From: Xylographa opegraphella
Taxonomy: Eukaryota
Assembly: GCA_022813865.1 (NCBI GenBank)
Contig: JALDZX010000026.1
Location: 186,001 to 250,000, forward strand
Length of the DNA stretch: 64,000 nt
Direction: 5' to 3'
Part shown: one piece after another, positions 36,953-50,846 of the stretch
How positions within the stretch are numbered: position 1 is the stretch's first letter
Layout of the letters: the number at the start of each line of letters is the position of its first letter
Translations under genes and position numbers: made by a program
The notes under the pieces: generated by a model
The model's input: the letters and a program-made list of their open reading frames with translations, nothing else
Told to the model about the DNA's origin: nothing
Databases searched by the model: none

Positions 36953-38851
36953 GCGCTAGTGGCCCGGTATACAGGCCCTGGCCGCTGGAGAGGGAGGTTC
37001 GTTGGGAAGGGCGATTCGACGACGGGGTTCGTGGTGAGTCGTGTCTTGATCTCACACATTCCACGGCTCCTACTGACTTGGTAACCAGGACAGTATCCCC
37101 GCGGCTGCGCCGTCTCCACGGACCGCACTACGTCAAGCCATGTCCAATGGCTGAAGAGATCGTGGTCGCCAACCCATTCCCGCAGGCCGGAGGGTGTCCA
37201 CCGCTTATCAGAATGCCGAGCAAGCCATATCCATGTCAAAGAATCAAACAGATTACATTCACAATCTGAGTTGCGTTTACCACAATGCATGAGTCCCATC
37301 GATGCAAGTGCAAGGCAAAGCACCATCGTTCCTCCCACCAATCTCCCCTCCGAACAACCCAACCCCCCACCCCTCACCTACTCACCCACCTCCAGCCTCA
37401 GCGGCACTTCCACATTCCAACACCCGATCCCTTCCAACTTCTCCCCCCCCCATCACCAACCCACTCGCCCGCAAAACCCCCCCCCCTTCCACTCCCCCAN
37501 CCCCCCCCCCCCAGCTCATTGCTCGACAAGCTGCCGGGTGGCAGGGTCTTGGTGCTGGAAGGGCGAGAGGGAGTGCTCTTGAGAGTGATGAGGGTGGTCA
37601 TGATAGCGTCATGGAACTGGCTTTGGGGAAGAGGGAGGGTCGTTGTCAAGACGTGGGGGAAGGCTATCCGTCTCGGGCGCCTGCGGGAAGCATGGAGTGA
37701 GGTGTCTGCTTCATGGCTTTCTTCTCGAGTTGGGAGACTCTCTCCCCTGTGAATGACAGACTGCGGCATGAGGGGTGGGACTCTTGAAAAATAATCGCAA
37801 CGCCAACAAAAGTAGCACTGTTAAATCAGTTGATGTATTTAGTTATACGGGCAAGCGTGGTAAGCTACAATGACCCAGTATGTTTATTTTTTTGCCAGAG
37901 CCCCGCTCCCTACAATCAGATGGAGCTCGCGAGTCAGTGCAGACTCAATTCTCTACCCGGCAAGCAGAATGATCGTCGTGTTTGTGGGGTGAGAGGCGGA
38001 CAGCTGAAAGGAGGGGTTTGCAGACACTGATGGCTGTTGATGCTCTGTAATGTATATCTTACTCTACTTTGGTGGTCCCTCAGATGTCCCGACTTTGCAA
38101 GGCACCTAGATGAAGAACGTGGGTATCTGTATCCTGGTCGAAGGCGATTAGCGTAAGCAATAAAAATCTGTATCCTGGTCGAACGCTAGTCCCTAAGAGG
38201 CACTACAGCGTGGAGGTGAAGTCCGCTGCAATCCTGAGCTCGTTAGTTCAATCCAATCATTGCATACCTACCATCAACGTTTCAGGTTAATGCAGAGGTT
38301 GCCAATGCATGCTGAAGCGCCATGAGTTCTCCCGGCCGGAATGGGTGCTCAAATTCCGTGCAAATCCTGAGTGGCGTTCATACTCCAAGCTGAAAGATCC
38401 ACCTCGCCTGAGTAGGACGAACTTGTCCCACGCATGCATATATTCTGCAAGGTGACCGGGCTGGAGTCGAACCCTCCTGATCCGCTATATGTTCTGGATT
38501 AGGCCGATGGCTTGCCTATCGTCCTTGAGTCAGTGGAAGTGGCTGGCTGAAATGAGTTTTGATCGATCTCGCTACCGGCGAAGAGTTGTCAACTCAAGCC
38601 GCCCGAGACGTGGCCAGTATGTCTGAAATCGATCTGGCCGTCTACGAATGAACCAGAACGCTCACTAGCGGAGAAGTGAACCAGATATCAACCTTGGGAA
38701 TTGGGTTGGTCTCGAATTCAATATTGAGCTACAGCCAACCCGCTTGCTCATATGGCGCAACCCTCACACCACCATAGCACAAAGGTCTACAGCAACCTTA
38801 TTTAGTGCTTCAGCAAAGCGAACGAGCCACAGAGCTTGGCGAGTAAAGAAG

Positions 38852-38857
38852 TATAAA
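38852..38857 (+). promoter_or_regulatory. TATA box of the tyrosinase gene
   Basis: TATAAA about 110 nt upstream of ATG 38966. Confidence 0.5.
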
Positions 38858-38965
38858 GCACCTTAAAGATGCCCAGATGGCTCAATATCTTCCATCTTCA
38901 TCTATCGTTTCCTACCCACATTGGGCTCCAGTACATTGCAGTGTCAACCCAAAAACAATCTTATC

Positions 38966-41345
38966 ATGAGTATCCTCGACCAAGCACACAAGGATGGAGT
39001 GGTGGTGGGACTTCGAGACGTGGCGGGCGTCGCTCCTCGGCTTGATATTGATGTCCTTCTACTGGACCATCCCGATACCTTCAATTTGTTGCTCATCGCC
39101 TTGATGGAACTTAAAGCCGAATCTCTGCCGTGGGAAGTTGATGATGGTTTCAAGGTAGATAAGGCCAATAAGATGTCCTATTTTAAATTAGCCGGTATCT
39201 CGTGAAACCATGGAAAGCTCCCAGAAAGTCTGGTCTGACGTTCTCCCAGGCATTCATGGGCTACCGCGGGAGGAGTGGGACAAAGAACCCGCCGAAGGAA
39301 AGAAGAATGACAGCAAAGATCCTGGCTACTGTGCTCATGGGACCCCAACCTTCGCAACCTGGCACCGCCCATACTTGGCCATGCTTGAGGTCAGCTCTTG
39401 CTATGTGAATCCCATTTTACCTACTGACCATTTTCCAGCAAACTCTGTTCCGACAGATGGCAAATGTGGCAGAGCGTTTCGGCCGCTCCGACAAATTGAG
39501 TCCAAGGCGGAAGCAGGATTATGTTGAAGCGGCAAAACGATTCCGGCTTCCATACTGGGATTACTACCGTCCGCGTGACTACAAGGTGACCATGCCTGGC
39601 GTTTTCCAGGGCTACAAAACTACTTCCCCATACGACTATCACATGCCTCAAATTTTCACCCTGCAGGAGGTCATGGTCAAGACGCTGCCAGATGAGCAAT
39701 TGGTTGCGATGAGCAATCCTTTCTTTCAATACAGGTTTGCACCTGGAGATTTTACTGAAGAGGAATGGGATGCCTCTAATATAGATGTACGAGATTCTTT
39801 CCAAGCTTTTGCAAGCACTTTCTCACGAACCCTCCAGGTTGAAGTCGCCAACGTGAAGGAGCAAACGCTGCGCCATGGAGGCAACGATGATGACGCAGTC
39901 GAGGCCATGAATCAAGCTTTGAACATGATTCGCGAGGATGAGATGCGGGCCAGTCTTGTCATGATTGAAAGGGGCGAATACAGCAACTATCTGAACTTTT
40001 CAACCAATGGTGTCGAGATAGAAGGGCCGGACCCTGATGATATTTCAGCAATCCTGAAGAAGAACACCGGCTCTTTGGAGGCTCTTCACAATAATTATCA
40101 TGTTTACATTGGAGGCTTCACTGGTCCGCGAGGGCCTAAGGGCAAAAAAACTGGTCACATGACCTGTGTGCCTGTTGCCGCTTTCGATCCAGTCTTCTGG
40201 ATTCATCATTGGTGAGCTCAAATTCTCATTCTCCTTGAAGATGCTTATCAAATGGCGCAGCCAAATCGATCGAATCTTCGCTATCTGGCAGGCAGTGAAT
40301 GATGGCCATTGGTTCGAGGAGCTGCGGGTGAAACACCGACACCTAGTCGATGACGGATTGCTCCCATTCCGCAAATACCCCCTGGTAGTTGACAAAACGA
40401 AGAGATTCTGGACCTCGAATTTGGCCAGGAAGACCGAGGATTTTGGCTACACGTATGCAGATCTTTACGGCAAGGACCAAAGTGTGGATCAGATCCGGGA
40501 AACCTTTGCAAAGAATTATGGCTGGAGCAGAAGACTTACCCCATTCCAGCATTTTGGCCATCCACCCCCTGAAATGAAGCCTCTGGACCTGTCCAAAGCG
40601 CAGGTGTATCAGTATACATCGAACGCCAAGTCCGCGAACCAGTTCCGCCATCTCCACCTAGAGACGGAGATCCAACCCTCGACGCAGGCGACATTGGCGG
40701 CGAAACCCAAGATGTCTCATGAATGGTATATAGACGATTTGGTCGAGAGGTGAAGATCCCCCGAAGTCTTCGACACGACACACTGACCTTATCTAGAATG
40801 GCCCTGAACGGCTCCTTCACCATCTTCTACATCATCGGCGAGGTCACCGGCACCTCGGGGCGGGAATGGACCGAACTCCCCGGCTTCTTCGGTCTCACGC
40901 ACGTCTTCGCCGCCCCCAAGGAGGCGTGCGACAACTGCGGGAGGCAGGAGGACCAGGCGAGGCTCGTCACGAGCACTTCGGCCATGACGTCCCTCCTGCT
41001 GGACTACGTCGAAACCGGCAAGCTGCAGAGCATGGCGTCCACACACGTCGAGCCCTTCCTCGTCAAGAACCTGAAATGGCGCGTCCAAACGGTGAGTGAC
41101 CAGGCCTTTAACGTGCGTTGGCCAAGGCGACCGAGACTGATTGTTATGGTTTTCAGGCTCTCGGCGAAGTCATCGACCCGCGGGTAATGACGAGGGATTA
41201 CTCGCTCAAGCTCTCCATCAGCTGCAAGATCTCCCCTCTCCCGGGCGAGACGGGTGACGTGACTTATACCTTCCATCCTGCCGTCATCGAGGATATTATT
41301 GGTAACGCTTCCGAGCTCCCGACGATGGCTACCGCAGGGGGCTGA
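38966..41345 (+). CDS. Tyrosinase (type-3 copper, fungal cytosolic type with C-terminal shielding domain)
   Basis: CuA: GIHGLP...GYCAHGTPTFATWHRPYL; FRLPYWD; CuB: LEALHNNYHVYIGG...GHM..VPVAAFDPVFWIHHCQIDR; FGYTY motif; C-terminal ACDNC. Six introns. Confidence 0.93.
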
Positions 41346-41949
41346 TGCTGCCGATTGATGGGATGGGATGGGGTGGGGTGGATGAGCGGCGGGCGGGTGT
41401 TCATTTCGGAGTACTTTTATATGTAGATTGAGAAGCTGGACTTTTATACTCGATCACAGAATCTGCTGGGCGAAGCCGATAGTTTCGACCTTTCCATACG
41501 CCTGTCACTCAATCCCTAATATCGTACTCCGTTCCCCCCCCCGCCCGTTCACATCGCGCTCTAATCGCTAGATGCCCCTCATCCAAGTAATACGCACGCA
41601 TCGAGGGAAGGGGGAGGGATGAGCAGCGGTGGGTGGTCGAAATAAAAAACGACTATTTTCCAGTGGGGATCACGTACCCCCAACTCCAAGGGCCAGACTG
41701 GAGGTAAAGAACCCATAGTCTGCAAACCATCCCATTTAGAGAATCTCAAGAAATGACCATCAGCTTGTCCTTGCCGTGTGCGGCCGGTCGACTCACGAGT
41801 ACGGAGGGACAGCTAGCGGAGAAGGGGAGTTTAATATATTAATTATATTAACAAGGAGGGAAAGATTTACAGGCCCTGTATGCCGACCGTATCAAAAACA
41901 TTATTAACCCCCCCCCCGTCCCCCCTCCCTAGCCCCCACCCACTCCCCT

Positions 41950-43889
41950 CTACGCAAGCGCGACCTTCATCAAAGCCAAAAAATCCGGCGTCCCCAACCC
42001 GGTAACCGGATCCCACCCGACAGTGGCATTCCAGCTCGCATAGGGGATGACACTCGCGCCGGGGATGGTGGCGCCCGTCTGGCCGTTGACGCCGTTGCAG
42101 CCGACGCTGCCGCCTCCGGTGATGTCGGTGAGGGCGGCGGAGGCGGCGCCGTAGAGCCAGGGGTTCAGGAAGCCGAGGGCGGGCTTGCCGGCGCGCAGGC
42201 GGGCGTCGTTGACGAGGGCGATGATGGCGGCAAAGACGGGCGCCGCGGCGGAGGTGCCGCCTGAGCGGGAGGCGGCGTTGTTGACGTAGACGGCGTAGCT
42301 GGGAGGGGGGGTTAGGTTGTTGTGGGACGGGGGGTTTGGTTGTTGGAAGGAATGGAGGAGCGGGGAGGGGTGGATGGAGGAGGGGGTTAGGGGCGTTTCA
42401 GGAGGTGGGTATGGGAGGGATGAGGACGGGGATGGGAAAACGGGTGGACTCACTCGGGCGTCAAGCTATGGGCGGACACGTCAGGAAAGCCGCGCGAGGT
42501 GAAGTTGGTGTAGGGCGTGAAGTATTTCTTCGTGGCCGCGGGCAGATACTTGGTGAGGTAGGTGTTGACTGCCGAGGCCTGGTAGGACGGTTGGGCGAAG
42601 TAGTTGCTGAAACCTCCGGACCCCGCGACCCAGGCTACTTCCGGGCTGACGGCTTGCGTGCCGCCAACCGCTGTGATGTACGGGCATGTACCGGGGAACT
42701 GCGGAGTGAACTGTGGGGTCTTCTTGCCATCGTTTGATTGGCAGGGAGCCCCGACTCCGGTGTCGCCGGAGGATTCGAGCACCGAAATCCCACGCGCTCC
42801 GAGTTGACCGATCATGTTGCAGACGCGAGTTGCGTAGGCCACCGGGACGGTTTGTTCGTCATCGCCGTAGGAGTTTGTGATGACTTGTGGTAAATCGCAG
42901 TTGTCCTGCGCGAGCAGGTATTGGTAGTAGTTGAGGTATGGCTCGTTCTCATTATCTGCCGCAGTAGGCTCATCGAGGTTGGGAATGAAAGGTGGCGAGC
43001 CGCCGGTGATGTAGCTCGTCACGGGGAGAGGATGGCTGACTCCGATGATATTTTGGACGTCAAGATTAGCTTCCCCGTGGTTATTGTCCACAGTCTGATC
43101 ATTGACACCGCCATTGATGAGAACGGTGGAAAAGCTCTGTTTCGGAATATTGTTTTTCGTTTCATAGAGTGTAAGGTCTGCCATACGGGCGGTCTGGTTG
43201 AGAAAGCTACCGAACGCAATCTTACTGCCACTTGTTGCGAGGGGAGTGTAAGTCCCGACGTTGTACAACTCTTTCAGGCATTTCGGAGTGATTGACGTCG
43301 AACAGCTTGCATCCAGATCGGTATTCCGCTTAATTCTTTGAGGAGCCATTGCCGGAGCCATAGGCGTGGTTTTGCCGAAGTAAGTCGTTGGCGTCACGAA
43401 ATCAATATGTTGTACGAGGGAATCAGGAATGGAGTATTCAGTCGTTCGTAATTTCGTGACACCACTGTTCTCATAGTATCTAAACTGAGTATTCAGGAGT
43501 TGGTTGGCCGTTTCGATTGTCGTCGCGAAGTTGATCCACTCTCCATCACTGTGTACATTCGTCACGCCAGCCTTTTGAAGCCAAGCCAGCACAGCCGTGT
43601 TGGCTTCGTCTGAGGGCTTGAGAAGAGCCGAGAGGTGATCGCGTTCCACATACTGGCCATACGAAGCACTACCAGGGGTGGAGACCGAGTAAATCAATGA
43701 CTGTAACTTGTCCAGGTTCTGTTGCTGCAAGCCGATGGACAAAACGACGGTGCTGTCACCAGCAGGGGTACTGGCATGCGTCCAGCCAGTCGGCAGAGCG
43801 GCCAACTGCTCGTGGACAGCAGCGAGAGTCGGAAGCACAAGCAAAGACCAAAGCTGGAGAACGTGAAAAGCTGCCCTGGGAGAAAGCAT
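41950..43889 (-). CDS. Secreted tripeptidyl-peptidase / sedolisin (peptidase S53)
   Basis: Signal peptide and pro-domain ([12 protein letters not shown]), [55 protein letters not shown]. Intron 42453-42299; TATATAA at 44004-44010 on the minus strand. Confidence 0.95.
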
Positions 43890-45810
43890 GTTGAAAGGAA
43901 GAAGCTGGAGAGGCTCGAAAGATATTTGGAGGAATGGACAACAGGAATGAGCTGGAGAAACAGCAATGGACGGCACGAAGGGACATGGCGAACAGAGAGA
44001 TAGTTATATAACATCATAGCACGGTGGGAGCTTGCAGTTCACGCGTCATCTAGTCGCACGACAGGCACTCTTTAGGAAGCTCGGGGGGCGGATGATCATT
44101 GCAGCTCTCCTGCACGAGTTGGGCGGAGATGAAGCATCGCGGACCAGTACGACGTAAGGAAGTCTTCTGCTCCAAGGCTTCGGCCCGCAGTTGCCAATTT
44201 CGCTTTAGCTCCTTGCATCCCGGCTCGGAACTTGGCGAATCAGAGACGCCCGAGAGATCCCTGCCGTGATTTAGCGCGGAAGCTTCGAGCTTGACGCGAG
44301 ATCAACGGCTTTCCACTCTCGTGATTTTGGCTCTATCATTCGCTCCCTTCGCCTTCGGCCGGAAGAGCTGAATCGAAACAAGGTCCCAGCACTTGGAGCT
44401 AGAATGTAGAATAGGAACATTCTAGACCCGAGGCTCGTTCTATACAGCACCCGCCACTGCCATATCTACGGAGTAGAAGCTGAGAAGGCTGCAAGCCTCG
44501 GAAGACCTTGTCAGCGTAAGCGAGATATATCGTTGTCCAGAACACTCCCGGTAAACGTCCTACGAAGTAGTAGCTTCGGCTGCGGCGAACCTACAGCGTT
44601 GCATTGAGGCAGGAATGAAGACCAAAGATAACAACGTAATAATGACATTCTTCTAAAGGGACCAGGCCATTGGTCGAGGTAGTACATACATAGTAGAGCA
44701 CAGAAGTCTCCCGGACTATTTCAGGTGTTCGGGCCGTGCCGGACGCCGAGGACATCTTCGGAGGAACTCCCTGCCGTAAGCCGAGGACAGGCGAGCCAGA
44801 CGCGGAACGGAATTGAGCTATCTGGACCAACTGTTGTGGAAGCTCGTGAACAAATATTGGAGCCATCAGGAGTTGTCAACTTAGAACCACTACGGTAGGC
44901 TGGTCGCTTCATTTCAGTGAACGATGCTATACCTATACAGGCTTCCGTAAGACTTGCTTTCCTCTTTGCATTTCCTGAAACCCCTGTCAACCGCTCCTTA
45001 CCATTGAGGTGGATTAAAGACTTTGATCCAAGATCCTTCGCTGCGGCATCCTTCCTGTCCCTTTCACTCATCAGGTGGTGATCTTAGGTCTATGAGTGAG
45101 GTTTTCTAAAAGCTAGTTGCATCTCAGCCACCCGGATCCTGATGAGATGGTATAAGATGTCATGAGCTTCTTTACGCAGGCATGTTTCTATCTTACATTG
45201 TGGTTGCCTTGTGCACTCCCCTCGAATCGCACGTATTATGCCGTCTTGAACGACAATGACGGATACCCGATTGCCTGCCGAAGGCTGTATAGGAGGTCAG
45301 TTTATGCCCCGTGAGGGATTGTGATCGAAATCTTGCTTTATCACTTGATTGCGAAGAGGGGCATGAGGCTTATTGTAAACTTGGGTATGGTTACTAGAAT
45401 TCGGATGACATATCATCTCAGTTTGGTAGTATTATTCATTTGCTCTCCCTATTCAACGCAGTAGCATCACTCTTATCCTAAGGCAGAATAAGCGAGACCC
45501 GTACCTAACTCCGTACCTGCACCCCATTAATCAGTCGATGTGACGCTGATCATTATTCAGCCGGTCCACGATTACTCAGTAAGTTACAGAATCTTCATAC
45601 CGCACTGTTTGTCGGGATTTCGAAGCTCTTGGTATTATGTACTCAATGTCTACCTCTATGTAAGTTCTTTATCGTCCACCTGCTTCGCCAATCCCGTCAA
45701 ACATCATTTACAAGTTCCTTGCCCAGTCACCACTGCCTCCTGCAGCCCCGCTCAGCGTCCGCGTCGTTTCTCCTGCTCAGCTCTAAGATCCCCTCTTGGA
45801 ATCAGGAATC

Positions 45811-46658
45811 ATGTCCGCTCCCGTTGTTTTTATCCTAGGCGCAGGCCCAAACGTGGGCACCTCCATTGCCAGCAAGTTCGCCGCCGAGGGGTGGAAAGTC
45901 GCCGCCGCGAGCCGATCGCCCAAAGATGAAATCAAGAAAATCGCACATCATGTCATGGCCGCCGATTTCTCAGACGCCGAGAAAATCAGCAGCTTGTTCG
46001 CGGAAGTAGAGGCTAAGCTGGGGATCCCGAACGTGGTCATCTATAATGGTGGGTTGTGCCCCCCCCCTACTCACTCCTCCTCGTTCATATCCCACCATTG
46101 CGAAAACAGCGAAGACTTCATAGCTGACGACACGCAGCCTACTCCGTCGCCTTCTCCCCCAACGGCTCCAACCCCTTCTCCTTCTCCGTCGCCGAGTACG
46201 CCAAAGACATCGCCGTCAACACCACCTCCGTGTACGCCGCCGCGTCAACCGCCCTCGCCGGCTTCCGCAAGCTCCCCGACGCGAGCCCCACGGTCTTTAT
46301 CTACACCGGCAACATGCAGAGCAGCCTCATCGTGCCCGAAGTGGTGAGCCTGGGCGCGGGCAAGAACGCCTCGGCGTACCTGATGGAGACCGCCGCCGCC
46401 GCCTACGGCGCCAAACACCAGTTCTACTACGCCGACGAGCGCCTGCCCGACGGGCGGCCCGTCATGGCGCAGCTGAGCGGCGAGGCGCATGCGGGGTACT
46501 ATTTCGAGCTCGCGACGAGGAAGACGCAGGGGCCGTGGGACGCTACGTTTGTCAAGGGGGTGGGGTATAAGAGGTTCGAGGGCGAGAGGGATCGCGAAGT
46601 TACCCCGGCGGGGATGTTGACGGAGCATGTGAATAAAGCGTTGAAAGTCCCCAGCTGA
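45811..46658 (+). CDS. Atypical short-chain dehydrogenase/reductase
   Basis: Rossmann start VVFILGAGPNVGTSIASKFAAEGWKVAAASR, PNVVIYNA, FIYTGN, SLGAGK, FYYADER..DG...HA..Y..L....QGPW..TFVKG.GY. Intron ~46049-46137. Confidence 0.85.
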
Positions 46659-47651
46659 AGGGCATGCTTTGATTGGGCTGGGTGGCTATGTTTGAGAATA
46701 GCAAGCATGCAACGTGTGGGGCACGTCGTCCGAATCCTCTTGCCGTCTTAGTGTGTCTCTGCTTGTTGATACGGATATAGTCTTCGGACACGGACGACCT
46801 TGTTAAGAGCCAGACATCACCAATGGGTGGGACCTACTCGTCCCAGCCACCCATGACATCTCTTTGAGCCATGAACCCACCTCCCCAGGAACCCTCACGA
46901 CACCACGCCAGGGCCATCCACATCCCCAAACCTCCTCCCTCTACCATGCACCTTTCCGCAAGCCGATATTTGCATAACGTACAGCTTCCCCCCCCCCTCC
47001 CCAGGAGTACCCACCTATGCACCGACCCCCATACCTCCAACCTTATCAACACAATACGAGCCCCAAAAAACCCCCAACACACCCTCCCATATCTCTTCAA
47101 CACAAAACAGCACCACAATCCTCAGAGCCCCACGGACTTTCCCACCAGGCCAACCTCCCGCCAAGCAGATCGCATGTAGAGCTAGCGCTCCAGCGGCCGA
47201 CAAACCCTTGGAAGTATATTAGGATGATCATCAATAGAACCAGATCCCCAATGGTAGTCCCCGACCGCCATGCCGTTTGAGCGAGGGTGTTCCTCCCCTT
47301 CCATGAAACGTTGTTCTTGCAGCAGCTCCGGCTGAAGAGGAGGGACTGTGGGATGCTTCGCGAGTTTGGCTTGTGGGGTGGGGCATGGGAGGAGGGGTTC
47401 GGATGAGGAGAGGGGAGATTAAGATCGTGTAGTAGGGGTTTGATGGGGATGGAGGAGGACTGGACGGGGGAGGAGAGTAATTCGGGGGTGGCTGTATTGT
47501 ACGTAGAACGGTCCTGGTTGATATTGATGGAGTAGGCGATTGATGACGAAGTCACTCCGTGATGTTCAGAGACGGGCGAAAGACGTAAAGGCCATAGCCG
47601 TACTAGACAACTAATGCTTGATGTGCCTTGAGAGGCCGTATTCATATGGTC

Positions 47652-48333
47652 TTACTCAGCAGGCTCGACCTTGACAGCGTGAACGACCGCCACATCCCGC
47701 GTAGCATTCGGGCCCTCCTTATACGTCCCCGCCGGAACTACCGGACTGACCGAGAAAGCGAAGCTACACCACTCAGCCACAGCCGCCAACAACAACCAGG
47801 GGGGAAGGACTCACTAATCACCGTACGGATTCTTCAAGACCAACCTATCCGGTTCGTCACCCGCCTCCACCGTCTTCATAACCTCGCAACGAGCAGCCAA
47901 GTCCTGCAGAAGCATGCCATTCTGACGGTGGAAGCCGATCTGGCTCTCGGACAGGGGTGCCGCTTCCGGGCCGTCGAATGCGGATTCCGGTTTGAGGTCC
48001 GGCTCGTTGATGCGGAGGACGTCTTCCCAGCAGCATCGCTGCCGCATTTCCGCGTCGCCGGCCACGATGACCACGCCGGACAAGAGCCCGCCTGCCATAG
48101 CGACCCAGCCGAGTGGGCCGGCGGCTCCCATGGCTAGTGCGGGTGCGACAAGCGGGGCGAGCACTCCGGCACCCAGGGCTATGAAGATATTAGAAGGTGT
48201 CGTCGCGGCAGTGAATAATGGGTCAGCAATGAATGCTGGGACGGCTCTTACTGGGTAGTCCAACGGCACCTGCGACGGCGTTGCCCGCGGCAGCCACTGC
48301 GGCGGCTGGTCCGATTACAGCGGCGGTTCCCAT
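47652..48333 (-). CDS. Orphan 185-aa protein with a Gly/Ala-rich (glycine-zipper-like) hydrophobic N-terminus
   Basis: Exons 48333-48252, 48178-47815 and 47763-47652 (558 nt, in frame) with GTAAGA/GTGAGT donors, CTAAT/CTGAG branch-like sites and TAG acceptors; ACAGCCATGG start context. Confidence 0.75.
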
Positions 48334-49442
48334 GGCTGTTTGATGTTGAGATAGATTGCAAGAGATAAGGTGTGCTAGGTGGATGGAAAGTAGAGTTCCT
48401 GGACTTGTGACTGAGTTGAACGATGGAGAAGAGACGATAATGACGAGAAAGAAGAACGAGACAAAGAGCAGGTCCATTATACTTGAGCATTCCGATCATA
48501 CAGCAGGGGCGCTGCATTCCTTCTTCCAAGGGCAACGAAAGACCATCGGCTCGTCCGTAATCAACCGATATCAATACACGAGCTGTAGTTAGAGTGACAG
48601 ATTCGGTGTACGTGGCTGCCTCAAAGGTTGTGATGGCCCAGAAAAAGATGAGGAGTGCTCAGCTCAAACGGAGCAACGATGATCTCCGCTATTACGCAGT
48701 AAAGAGAAGCTCAGCTCCACTGAAGCAACGAGTAGGCTCCACCATCACGCAACGCGCGAGCGTTCAGCTCCAAAGCAACAACAAAAGCCCACGCCATTGC
48801 ACATTGATAGAGCAGCACCTTTAGCTCAGCTACCTCAAAAGGCACCAAACAGCAAACCAAGCACTCCACAAAAGTGCTCAGCCCCATCGAGCAACAATAG
48901 TCTATGCCAATATGCAGCCGTGGCAGATTGACCAGACGCTACCTACTATGAGTACGTAGGTAGTCAAGGCAAGATATTGGCAGCAAGCAGCTGTAACCTG
49001 TAGGATAAGGTAGGATACCTTAGGTAGGTAGGGTTTCGATAGCCCGAAGTACCTAGCGTGGTTGTCACGGTGGCTTTACCGCAAGCGGGAACGTGTCCAG
49101 CCTCTTCGTACTAAGCTCGCACCGGCTCGCACCGAGTCGTACCGAGAAGTAGCATTTGGCCACTGGTGTTTTGGTTCATCGTGATGCTGGTACGAGTCGA
49201 CGATACTTAAGGTGGTGTGAGGAGCTGCAAGACTTGGCGTAATGGCGTTGAGGATGTGAGAATGGGGTGACTGCTGAGAGGAGGGTGTATGGCCACAAGG
49301 AATTGAGAAATGGAGATTTTGTGTGTAGCATTGCTTGTTCGACCCTGTAATGCAGACTTTCTTTAGCATTTATTAATAACTTTTTTTGCGCTTCAAGAAT
49401 ATTATATGCGGAATATACATGGCTCCTCCTCGAATTAGCTTC

Positions 49443-50846
<1,404 letters not shown>

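Noticed and set aside
38452..38520. B-box-like GGTTCGACTCC on the minus strand (tRNA or SINE?)
   Set aside because: No proper T-stem, D-arm, anticodon arm or 7-bp acceptor stem could be built; at most an isolated TFIIIC site.
47097..47645. 182-aa minus-strand ORF with a short hydrophobic stretch
   Set aside because: Overlaps a C/G skew island with low-complexity composition and the likely 3' UTR of the glycine-zipper gene; no consistent gene model.
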